From IMG/VR virus record IMGVR_UViG_3300024231_000017, positions 1-53,055 of that record: DNA of 53,055 nucleotides; one strand, 5' to 3'. The position numbers and the translations under genes are program-made. This document shows positions 35,678 to 45,000 of this stretch, piece after piece. Each line of letters begins with the position of its first letter. Position 1 is the stretch's first letter. A model generated the notes under the pieces. That model made no database searches. It saw nothing but the letters and a program-made list of their open reading frames with translations, and had not been told where the DNA came from. Source of the stretch: a virus (lineage: Duplodnaviria > Caudoviricetes).

Positions 35678-36411
35678 TTGACAGCCCCCAACAGATCATT
35701 GGTTCGTGTCGCATTTTTGTAGCACGAAAGCCCCTGCCAGTCTGGCTTGCCGATAGATTGCCAGCCTCTCGAGATTGCATTGTCCACAACACCTGCGATA
35801 TCAAAGCCCTGCTTTTTGAATACCAAAAAGTCCTGCGAGATCGTGGTGATCATTTTCTTGGCAGGCTTTCTACCTTTACGATCTGCCAGTTTGTATTCCC
35901 ACCATTTAGTCCAAGGCTGTTTTGAAATACCTTCTGGTGGAGTGTTAAGGAGATCAGACCGCCAGCATGTTTGTTCTTTTTGATGTTCGTTAGTAATAAT
36001 ATTTGTTCTTTGGGTCTGATTAGCTTGATCTGGGTTTACTTGATCTGGGTTAGCTTGATCTGGGTTTTGATGATCTAGTGGAAAACGACCCCTAACATCA
36101 GTAACCAGCCAGTCCCATCGGACAACATGACCACTTTCGTTTCGGATTATTTCTCTGCGAATGTATTCAGATTTCTCTAGCTCATCAGTAATGCGAGTCA
36201 TCTTCACATTGCCGACACCGAATACAGTGCAGAGTTGGTTGTTAGTTATTTGCCAGTCATCGACATGGCTAAGAAGGTAGACAAGAACACCCAGAGATTC
36301 TGGGCTTAACCCGTCATCTCTGTATTCGCTGGCGGAGAACCCGCCTCGGAGGAGTAAGTTTGGAATACGGGTGTAATGGTCTTGCTTTAAATTGGCAGGA
36401 CGAAAAATCAT
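35674..36411 (-). CDS. Replication initiator (N-terminal HTH, lambda O-like layout)
   Basis: YTRIPN...LS.ESLGVLVYLLSH.DDW; internal NPDQ repeats; C-terminal I.RGWQ. Confidence 0.75.
   Translation of the reverse strand: MIFRPANLKQDHYTRIPNLLLRGGFSASEYRDDGLSPESLGVLVYLLSHVDDWQITNNQLCTVFGVGNVKMTRITDELEKSEYIRREIIRNESGHVVRWDWLVTDVRGRFPLDHQNPDQANPDQVNPDQANQTQRTNIITNEHQKEQTCWRSDLLNTPPEGISKQPWTKWWEYKLADRKGRKPAKKMITTISQDFLVFKKQGFDIAGVVDNAISRGWQSIGKPDWQGLSCYKNATRTNDLLGAVK
36019..36070. repeat. 15-bp tandem iterons, candidate replication origin
   Basis: Three CTTGATCTGGGTT copies at 15-nt period inside the initiator gene, next to an AT-rich tract (~35970-36010). Confidence 0.65.
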
Positions 36412-36546
36412 TCGTGAGACGGCTCCATGTAATATTCATTTGAGCAGGGATAATAATCTGCAAGTATTGTTTTGGCAAATTTATTTACTCTTGCGTCTTG
36501 TTTAATGATTTAAAATATGGAAGATCGGCTGCGAGGAGAAAAAAAC

Positions 36547-36981
36547 ATGGACGAAAAAACTAAAAAAGAAAAACGTGCGGATATATTTAAAACAGCTCTA
36601 GACAAGGCAGGGGTGCCGGACTGGGGCAGAGGGGCGGCGATAGTTAAACAGACGGGTTGCAGTCCTGCATCCGCGCAAGCGTGGATAAGGGGCAGTCTGC
36701 CATCGGATGGGGAGCGTATAGTTGAACTGTGCGACCTTTACCATATTGACTTATACCTATGGATAACCTTGCAGTCGCGGGGCGAATCAAAGGTATCAGA
36801 ATCTATGACTGAAGCCATCATTTACGTAAAACAATTTGAAGAAAAAACAGCTTTCACCCTTACACCAGACCAGTTTGCTCATATGTGCTTGATGTATTTA
36901 GACACTGAAAAGCGCGAAGGGCTGGCAAGTATGGTGGAAGTGTTAAGTAAAAAAACAGATGCGTCTGCCGCTACAAAATGA
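36547..36981 (+). CDS. Repressor-like HTH protein
   Basis: GRGAAIVKQTGCSPASAQAWIRGSLP HTH; divergent from replication operon; ATG 36547 after GAGGAG. Confidence 0.65.
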   Translation: MDEKTKKEKRADIFKTALDKAGVPDWGRGAAIVKQTGCSPASAQAWIRGSLPSDGERIVELCDLYHIDLYLWITLQSRGESKVSESMTEAIIYVKQFEEKTAFTLTPDQFAHMCLMYLDTEKREGLASMVEVLSKKTDASAATK

Positions 36982-37021
36982 TAATTTGTAATTAAGGATT
37001 TACATATACAAGGAAAGTCAC

Positions 37022-37210
37022 ATGGATAGAGTTGTACCTGACAGCGAGCGAATTAGCTGCGAGGACTTAAAAATATTTTTAGAAAACTTTCCAGAAGTAG
37101 ATTGCTGCTTCAAGGCTGGCGAAGCAAGGTTCATTTATTCAGTAAGAACAATTACAGCTGCTAAAAAGAAACTTAGACTAGCAAATAATAATCTACAGGT
37201 GTTGAAATAA
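37022..37210 (+). CDS. Small hypothetical protein
   Basis: 62 aa, AGGA RBS. Confidence 0.4.
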   Translation: MDRVVPDSERISCEDLKIFLENFPEVDCCFKAGEARFIYSVRTITAAKKKLRLANNNLQVLK

Positions 37211-37229
37211 ATCTACACGGTGCTATGAT
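37202..37229 (+). promoter_or_regulatory. sigma70-like promoter of recombination operon
   Basis: TTGAAA-16 nt-TATGAT with extended TG. Confidence 0.55.
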
Positions 37230-37255
37230 GTCTCTGGAACTAACGGAGACATTAC

Positions 37256-37909
37256 ATGGATACGCTTACACGCGCCCACATCTGGGCGACCTTATCTGAT
37301 ATAGACGTAGCACCTTTTTGCACCGAGACAGAAGTCGTTGGGGATCAAGTCCTCACCTATCTGCCTTGGATGAAAGCGCATTCGATTATGATGGATGTGT
37401 TCCCTGAGTATCATTGGGAATTCACCGAAGACCCTACAGGTCGCGAATGCCACTACTTTGATGATGGCTCTGCCGAAGTACGTTGCCGAATGACTATCGG
37501 CGGGCAGACCAACATCACCTACCTTCCTGTTCATAGATCAGGCAAAGCAATTGACTCCCCCTCTGCTACAGACATCAATACTGCTAAACAGCGGTGTCGT
37601 GTTAAGGCTATGGGTGAGTTTGGTCTGGGCTACACCATGTGGCTGTCATCTCAAATCAAAGAGATTGAAGACCAAAGTGTTTCTAAACCTGAACAAAGTA
37701 CACCTTCAGATACAAATGATGCAGATGCAGAACTCCAAAAGGTTATTGCGATCTGGGATCATCTTAAGTTCGGTGAAGCTAAGACCCTGAGTGAAGCCAC
37801 AAAGCTGTATGACAAGTTTAAACGTGGTCTAACTAATAGAGGCTTAACAGATACCACTGGTAACTGGGAGAAGCTCTGTAAGGACAAAGGGTGGAGGGCT
37901 AGCAAATGA
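37256..37909 (+). CDS. Sak/DUF1071-like single-strand annealing protein
   Basis: LTYLPW..A; YLPV; DINTAKQRCRVKAMGEFGLG. Confidence 0.8.
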   Translation: MDTLTRAHIWATLSDIDVAPFCTETEVVGDQVLTYLPWMKAHSIMMDVFPEYHWEFTEDPTGRECHYFDDGSAEVRCRMTIGGQTNITYLPVHRSGKAIDSPSATDINTAKQRCRVKAMGEFGLGYTMWLSSQIKEIEDQSVSKPEQSTPSDTNDADAELQKVIAIWDHLKFGEAKTLSEATKLYDKFKRGLTNRGLTDTTGNWEKLCKDKGWRASK

Positions 37910-38937
37910 GTTTAGCTGCTCAAGGATCACCCGAATGGCACGCGGCTCGCGCCGGTAAGATCAAAGCGTCTGTCTGTGCCGCACTAGAAGGCAAGCACCC
38001 GTACATGAAAGCTGCTGACTTGGTCAGGCAAGAAGTCAGGGCTTTGGCTGGTGCTGAGTCAGAATTCAAAATGGTTCCTGCTGTTGCCCACGGGCAGATG
38101 ATGGAGGACCACGCACGAATCTTCTTGGAAGATCTGCAAGGCTACACTGTAGAAGAGACGGGTCTTGTTGTTCACCCTAAGTATGACTTTATTGCAGCAT
38201 CTCCAGACGGACTTGTAGGTTTGGACGGTTGCGTTGAGATTAAGTGCCCGTTCCCTCAGTACACCAAGACTCCATACAGCATCTTCGATAAGAAGCGCAG
38301 CATGTACCTGATGCAGGTCTACATGCAGATGGAAGTTCTGGATGCAGAGTGGTGTGACTTTATTTGTTACTTGGCTAAGAACGAAACAGCCGAGCCGCAG
38401 TACACGTTAGAGAGAGTCCACCGTAAAGAGGACTTCCTAACTGAACTACTGAGCCGCAAGTATTTACCGCAGCCTTCTAAGGGGACTATCTCCCGCCTTG
38501 ACCTGTACCAATCTTGGCACAACTGGATACAAGAGCAGCACAGGGATGAAGTTACCCGTGCGGATCACGTTAAATCAATTGAAGTCGACGCCCCAGAGGT
38601 CATTAAGACCGATGAGGAACTGAACCGGCTGACTGCAATGCAAACCAGAATTGCAGACATCAAGTCACGTATCAGTGACGACTTAGAAACCTTGGATGTT
38701 CTGGGTAAGACCTCAGACTCCCTGAAAAAAGATATCGCCGAGCGTTACAAAGGTTCTGTCAGCAATGGCAAGACCACCGTGAAGGTGATTATGAAGACCC
38801 CGCCAATCGATTATAGAAAAGCGTTCGAATTTCTCGGCGGTGAAGATGAAGTGTTAAACAAAGACGAGTCTCTTGATTCTTTCCGAAGAACAACAGGCGC
38901 AATGCAAGTACAAATCCATCATGGAGAGCAACAATGA
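37906..38937 (+). CDS. YqaJ/lambda-type exonuclease
   Basis: QGSPEWHAARAG.I.AS; HG...ED.AR; AASPDGLV...EIKCP; Y..QV..QM. Confidence 0.92.
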   Translation: MSLAAQGSPEWHAARAGKIKASVCAALEGKHPYMKAADLVRQEVRALAGAESEFKMVPAVAHGQMMEDHARIFLEDLQGYTVEETGLVVHPKYDFIAASPDGLVGLDGCVEIKCPFPQYTKTPYSIFDKKRSMYLMQVYMQMEVLDAEWCDFICYLAKNETAEPQYTLERVHRKEDFLTELLSRKYLPQPSKGTISRLDLYQSWHNWIQEQHRDEVTRADHVKSIEVDAPEVIKTDEELNRLTAMQTRIADIKSRISDDLETLDVLGKTSDSLKKDIAERYKGSVSNGKTTVKVIMKTPPIDYRKAFEFLGGEDEVLNKDESLDSFRRTTGAMQVQIHHGEQQ

Positions 38938-39314
38938 ATAGTAAACCAACCGCATTTGAATCCCTTAAAGCAGGCAAAGGGCGTCTGTACCCAATGCCTA
39001 AAGAAAAGCGCATTGAAGAGTGGAACCGCCTTAAGCAATACGACTGGGCAACCAAGGCGCACGTCCCTAAGTTCGACGGCTTTATTAAAGTCAGTCGTGA
39101 GCTAGTCGCAGACCTACAAGCTGCACTTGATGTAAATAACGGCAATGACTTCCGTTACAACATCAAGGTCTGTGAGCAGATGGGTGATGACGGCAACCTC
39201 CAGCAACTGAATGTAGACTACTGGATTCCCAAACCCAATCCAAATGCTCAAGCGTCCGCTCCAGCAGCCGCATCAAACGCGGATGATTTCTTGGACGACG
39301 ACCTACCTTTCTAA
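38934..39314 (+). CDS. Single-stranded DNA-binding protein-like
   Basis: Acidic C-terminal DDDLPF tail; follows SSAP and exonuclease. Confidence 0.65.
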   Translation: MNSKPTAFESLKAGKGRLYPMPKEKRIEEWNRLKQYDWATKAHVPKFDGFIKVSRELVADLQAALDVNNGNDFRYNIKVCEQMGDDGNLQQLNVDYWIPKPNPNAQASAPAAASNADDFLDDDLPF

Positions 39315-39326
39315 GGACATATATAT

Positions 39327-39728
39327 ATGCCATTAAGAATTTCACGATCAGCTAACTCCGTCTTTTATGGCGGAGAAAGCCTCGACCCCAGTGACCTCGA
39401 AGGTACTTTTGACCATCGGATTTGGGTGCGTGCAGTGGTTGACTTGGATGGCAGGCATGAAACCGTGCTCAATGTGCATACTAAGCGCAAGGGACATCAG
39501 GAGCATGTGCTTAAGGCTGGTGAAGATTTACAGCTAACGGAAGAAGTGTTTGTCGAGATGACAGGTATACAACCCTTTTACCACAAACCCCACTTAGCGT
39601 GCTCAGAGTGCGGTCGAACTGGCAGTCAGTCTGAGAAGTCTTTCATGCTTCCTCAAGCAAAACTGCTGGTGGGTGCTCCGCGTAACTACAAAATAGTTCG
39701 CGATGACGCCAGAAAGAAAAAGAGATGA
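39327..39728 (+). CDS. Hypothetical protein with CsrA-like C-terminal pattern and CxxC
   Basis: LKAGEDLQLTEEVFVEMTGI...AKLLVGAPRNYKIVRDD. Confidence 0.45.
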   Translation: MPLRISRSANSVFYGGESLDPSDLEGTFDHRIWVRAVVDLDGRHETVLNVHTKRKGHQEHVLKAGEDLQLTEEVFVEMTGIQPFYHKPHLACSECGRTGSQSEKSFMLPQAKLLVGAPRNYKIVRDDARKKKR

Positions 39729-39865
39729 CTCCCCTAAAGGGCTGGGTGTTCCCTCCTCACACCTTGTAGCAGGCTTGGTCTACCTGCCCCTTGCAACAGA
39801 CCTTTATTAAAGAGATCGATGCGTGGTAATCTGCCAGTGCTGTTGGTCTCTTCACGGAGACGAAT

Positions 39866-40783
39866 ATGAAGTTAACATTTAAAGAAATAGCTGATCGTTA
39901 TTTGGCACAGCCAAGCGCACATAACGATGAGAAACAGAGAACTACGGTGGTAGTGGCTAACAACCTTGTTAAGGTTTTTGGTAGTAAGCCGATTAAAGCA
40001 TTCGAGAAGATCGCTCTTTTTGATAACTTTATTGAGGAACTGCGGAAGCAACCATCAAAGAAAAGAATCGGTAAAAGAGTCAGCAATAGCTGGGTCAATA
40101 AGCACACCATTACTATGCGAGCTATTCTTAACTACGCTCACAGTAAGGAGCACATTGATCGAGTTCCTAAGTTGTCGGTTTTACCTGAGACAAAGAGCAA
40201 GATATTCCTCAAGCCTAATCAGGTTCTGGATCTGATCAACAGCTTGGATGAATTGAGAGCAGACCAAGTCCGTTTTGCAGTGGCAACGGGATTGCGAAAG
40301 ACAAACATAAGGCTTCTGAGGTGGGATCAAATATCGAAAGATTTTTCCTCACTCCTTGTCGATGGAAGTGATGCCAAGATGGGAGAGGATATCCTCATCC
40401 CGTTAAACGCAGATGCTAAAGCAGTTCTGGAGCGTCGTAAGGCTTTAAACGATGCGCTAGTACAGAAGCATATGTATTTAAGTAATGGCATTGATCATGT
40501 GTTTGTTCAGCAAGCCGGTGGCGGATCAAAGGTAGGGAAAGTTCTTAGCGAGATTACGAACAAGACCTACAGGAAGGCTTGCGACAAAGCTGGAGTACCA
40601 GCAGGAACAACCTTCCATACAATGCGTCACACTTTCGCGAGCTGGCACATTGAGAACGGCACGAGCGAGATGGTTCTTATGGAACTAGGGGGGTGGAAAG
40701 ACCGTGTGTCATTGCAGCGGTACGCGCATCTCAATCAAGCTCAGAAACAGGCAGCTTCTTCGAACATTGAAGGAATTTTATAA
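39866..40783 (+). CDS. int: Tyrosine integrase
   Basis: ATGLRKTNI..L.W; AKMG; FHTMRHTFASW; LGGW...RYAH. Confidence 0.93.
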   Translation: MKLTFKEIADRYLAQPSAHNDEKQRTTVVVANNLVKVFGSKPIKAFEKIALFDNFIEELRKQPSKKRIGKRVSNSWVNKHTITMRAILNYAHSKEHIDRVPKLSVLPETKSKIFLKPNQVLDLINSLDELRADQVRFAVATGLRKTNIRLLRWDQISKDFSSLLVDGSDAKMGEDILIPLNADAKAVLERRKALNDALVQKHMYLSNGIDHVFVQQAGGGSKVGKVLSEITNKTYRKACDKAGVPAGTTFHTMRHTFASWHIENGTSEMVLMELGGWKDRVSLQRYAHLNQAQKQAASSNIEGIL

Positions 40784-40803
40784 AAATCAAAATTTAACGC
40801 GCA

Positions 40804-40892
40804 TAAGTCGTTGATATATAAGGGAAAAAACGTAGAGCAGTTGCTTCGTAAGCAATTACCATGTCTTTTTCTTCAATTAAATCAATAACTTA
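40804..40892. other. Putative attP: tRNA-Thr(CGT)-like core between two inverted IHF sites
   Basis: GTAGAGCA-GTTGC-TTCGTAA-GCAAT at 40832-40856; WATCAANNNNTTR matches at 40804-40816 (minus) and 40880-40892 (plus); just after int. Confidence 0.72.
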
Positions 40893-40937
40893 GAGACCAA
40901 CAGCAAAGACTTTTGCGCTAAATTGGAGGCTAAGAAT

Positions 40938-41129
40938 ATGGTAGATGTAAAGCAAGCGATTAAAGAGGCAAACGAGTACGCTGACAAAGCTATTCGTGAA
41001 TCGATAAACGATATACAAGGCGTACGGAAAACGGTACGTACTTGGCTCAGTTCAGGCAACTATCACCTAACCAATGTGCATGTTGTAACTTGGCTTGGGA
41101 TCACTGTGCTTCTGTGTATTGTCTTTTAG
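40938..41129 (+). CDS. Small protein with C-terminal TM helix
   Basis: ATG 40938 after GGAGG; hydrophobic C-terminus. Confidence 0.5.
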   Translation: MVDVKQAIKEANEYADKAIRESINDIQGVRKTVRTWLSSGNYHLTNVHVVTWLGITVLLCIVF

Positions 41130-41311
41130 ACATATCAATTATGATATCTATGTAATTCTAAAGTTGCATTTCACAATTCTCATAAACGACCCTACAATGC
41201 CGCCTCATTTGTTAACTGTGATTAAAGGTATTCTTGATGTTTGTGATGTGTGTATGCGTAGTTCTTGGGTTGTGCTTTGTCGCCAAGGATGATTTGTTTA
41301 TCAGCTAAGGA

Positions 41312-41602
41312 TTAGCTGTCCCCCTTTGTAGCCTCCGCCTTTACTTCTAGTTCCTTCACCTTCAGCTCAAGCTCTCTTACTCGAGCGATGGTGTCCTGAA
41401 CAGATTTAGGAGGCTCAAACTCATCGATCCAAGTATCGTTCTCCTCTATCTCCGCCATCATTACGTCAGCCCTGTACTCAATCGATGTCAGGCGCTCCTC
41501 AACCTTAAAGTACGCCGTGGTCGCAACGGTGGTAAACGCGAGAATACCCAAAAGATTTTTGACTGGGATTGTGACCTCTGTCGTTTCGCTTAGCTTGGGC
41601 AT
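41312..41602 (-). CDS. Membrane-anchored coiled-coil protein
   Basis: LSETTEVTIPVKNLLGIL...AYFKVEERL. Confidence 0.6.
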   Translation of the reverse strand: MPKLSETTEVTIPVKNLLGILAFTTVATTAYFKVEERLTSIEYRADVMMAEIEENDTWIDEFEPPKSVQDTIARVRELELKVKELEVKAEATKGDS

Positions 41603-42052
41603 CTACATCCCCAGCAAGTAATACGAACCAGCAAACATAGCCAGCACCGCGATTGTTGCACCGATGTTCTTCGCCACATCGCCAATCTGACGCTGCTTCT
41701 TGAGCCTCGCCAACCTAGCCTTCTCCAGCTTGTGCTTGTGATCGAGTAAAGACTTGTTCTGGATCATGAGCATGTCACGCCAGACGTGCTTAGGGGTTAT
41801 CTTCTTCAGCTCTTTCTCGTGCTGCCTGATCGCGTCCTTAGCCCATGCCAGCTCCAGCGCTTCTTCCTGAGTGAGCACATGGTCTCCAGCCTTGGTGGCT
41901 TCTTCGATGCTCTCAACCGCCGTCTTGCTCTCGGTCAGACTGGTAAACAATCCGGTCAATCCCTGTAGGTGATCACCCGACTCCTTAACGGTTTTGATGC
42001 CCTCGTTTAAGGCTTTGAGCACCCCAACAACTGCACTGATCTCAGCTATCAT
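41603..42052 (-). CDS. Coiled-coil protein with C-terminal TM segment
   Basis: 149 aa, coupled to giant protein gene. Confidence 0.6.
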   Translation of the reverse strand: MIAEISAVVGVLKALNEGIKTVKESGDHLQGLTGLFTSLTESKTAVESIEEATKAGDHVLTQEEALELAWAKDAIRQHEKELKKITPKHVWRDMLMIQNKSLLDHKHKLEKARLARLKKQRQIGDVAKNIGATIAVLAMFAGSYYLLGM

Positions 42053-45000
42053 TTCATCTCTCTCTCGGCTTTCCTGTAAGCCTTGTTGTATATGTCGAAT
42101 ATCTTGTTCTCATTCTCCAGCAGCTTGTCCAATAGTTCTCTGCGACGCGCCTCAGGAATATCCTGACTCTCTACCAACTTACGGGTCTTGGATATGCTTC
42201 TTAACTCTCGGTTGGACGCCTTGTAGAGACTGTTGCGCCCACCTTCAATCACGGGGATAAAGGATTGGTACTGGTTTCTGAGTCGGTCCAGCTCGGCTTG
42301 ATCTCCTGCCTCGATAGCATCTTTCAGCTTCGCCTCGATCTTTCTGGTCTCATCCCAGTTGGCATAGAACTCAAACCTGTCTTCGTACTCCGAGGGGCTC
42401 TCAAAGAAGGTGCCAACAATCGGTAAGTCTTGTTTCCTGAAATCCTCGTCCGCCATCATTCTTGCCGCAACGTCTGAAGACTGGCTCACAAAGCGCCCTA
42501 CACCCCCCAAGAAGTATTCATACACATACTCCATCTTGTCTGGGTTCATAGAGATGTAACCGTCCTTGTACTTGTCTCCGCCCGTGGCATCGTTGAGGAA
42601 CTCGGCTGCTGCTGTGAAGGCTTTATCAGTAGACCGTCGAGAGTTGTATGCGTTTGATCGCTCAACAATGAACGGGTTTTGCTCAATGTATATATCGCTA
42701 CCAAAGAAGTTCTTATTAGCCAGCATGTCCAAATGAACTTCGAGCAGGTCAGGATAGAATCCTCGCGCTTTCTCTTCCCAGTTATCGCCGCTAGAGGGAG
42801 CAACCGGAACGAAATTCAGTAACGCGTTCTCCCACAGATACACTGCCGACTCTTCTGGGGTGTTGATGTCGAACGCCATTTCAGCACTCAAGCGACCAAT
42901 ATTGGTGAAGAAGTTGTACCCGTAGGGGGCGGGTAGAGCGAACCCTTCTTCGCTGCTGTAATTGATCAGTAGTGCCCGGTTCTTCGCATGCTCAGGAAGA
43001 TCGGCATAGACCTTCTCGTCATCGTCATCATCTTCTGAGTTCAGAATGTTAATCACGGCAAGTGTAGCCCCTAGACCTATAAGTCCCACTGCCGTTTTCT
43101 GTGCGGTTGTGACCTTGCCTTCGCCGCCACCCAAAGCCTGAGCTATGTTGACATTGCCCTGTACTGCGGCGTTAAAGAACAGGTATCCGGCATTGACTAC
43201 GGCTGTGTTCTCACCCTTACGGTTGAAGTTAACGGTAAGGTCTTTCGCTAATGTCGCTGCGGTCTGCCTATCAGTTCCCGCTTTACGTGCCTCGATGTAA
43301 GCAGACAGTCGTATAGCGTTTTCCATGGTGGTGTTGAAGTCTTCCACCCAGTTACCCACAGCTCGCAAAGCCTCACGGGTCATGCCTTTCTTTAGCTTGT
43401 TCTTCATTATGCGTAACTGCTCATCCTGATCGCGGACCAGCATCATGCCTGTTGACGCACCGTCCTCCATAAACTCTGCCGCATACTGATCTAGAGTGCC
43501 TTCTCTTACAGGCTTACCGCGAAGCACGCGATACATAGACCTCATTGAGGGCAGATAGCTCTGAGCCATTTTCCCGATAAGGTTCTCGCCTTGTACTCTG
43601 CTGCCTTTCTTGTCCTTCTCTGCAAGCGAATACATAAGACCCGTCTGAACATCACGCAGCGGGTTAACCAGCCCCCATGAAGGGTTGTAGTTGATCAACA
43701 TGTTTCTGCGGAATGTTTGGAATCGAGTCGCCAGAGTTAGCAGCTTGCTTACGTCGTCGTTAGCCCTGCTCAGCATGGGCACGCTCATGTTCTGTAGCGC
43801 GTGATTTAGGCTGTCACTCTTAAACTCGATAAAGAATGTCTGCCCACCCTTCTTGACCTCTACATACTTGGGGTCACCGTTGGGTCTAACATCTCTAGAC
43901 ATCTGGTCGAGGTCTTGCTGCGTCAGTTCGTCGCTTGGCTTCGGTGGTCTGAACTTATTGTTGTATATGGTATAGGAGTCGCTGTTACCTAACTCACTCA
44001 AAAGCTCTAATAGGGTTTGGGCGGTTTCATTTTTTCTCGCCCGAATAATTTTTCTCTGAACATCTTCGATAGCGGTAAACAGAGGATTCACAGGCAATGT
44101 CTTTCTACCCTTAGCCCTCATGCTCTCGCTGCCTACGATAGAGAAGCCTCTAGACTTATCGCCAGACTTGTAGGCGTCGCCATTTTCTTCAGCAGCAAAA
44201 CCTTTAAGGGGCACATAGAACTCGTAGGTATCTTCCCAGTCTGAGCGAGAGTCTTCGTCAAGCAAGCCTGCCTCTACCATGCGGTCTCGCTGATACTGAA
44301 GCATCTCGTAGACCTTGTCGGCAATACGGTCCATATCAGCCTTGGTGCCTTCCCGTTCCGCCAAAGCTAGAACGCTCTCCGCCTCGGCATACGTCATCCC
44401 TGAGCCTGTATCTTGGAACGCCAGTGGCAGTGTTTGGTATTCGTTAAGTTTTGTGCGCTGAGTCTCGAGGGCGACACTGTGATCGACACCGACATCTGCC
44501 AATAGGCGCTCTATCTCCCGCTCAGCCCTAGCAATGTTTCTCTCGCGCTGAGCCTTAACCTTTTCAGCAATAACGTCATTGCGCTCCGCCGCGTGCTTCG
44601 CAATAAGGTAGGTTCCTACAGCATCTGGATCGACCTGTAGCTCGGCGATTAAATCACCAAGCGGGTCCACATAGTTTTCGTGGAATGCGTCTAGATCGTT
44701 CTGCACTTTACCGTGCGACAGGTTTTCTTGATCTCTAGGTGACAAGCCAGCAGGAAGCCGCCCCATCTCTAGGAAGTCAGCCGCTTGATTCTCAAAATCT
44801 TCTAAGGGTGCGTAACGGTCCACCAAGGAACGGTATACCTTCTTACCCTTCAGCCTTCTGGCAAGATCAGACTGTGCGTCTATCTCATCATTGTAGCTAA
44901 AGGCATTGGTTGATGGGCTTCCGTCGTCTAGAGTTCCTGTCTCTTTGTTGATCTGCTTCTTCTTGATGTACGAATAATTATCAACATCGTCGTAGACAAC

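Noticed and set aside
36450-37220. AATCTRCA motifs as repressor operators
   Set aside because: Short, only three copies near promoters and not clearly palindromic; too weak to call
40832-40856. Complete tRNA-Thr gene
   Set aside because: Only part of the D arm and the anticodon arm are present; no acceptor stem, T arm or CCA
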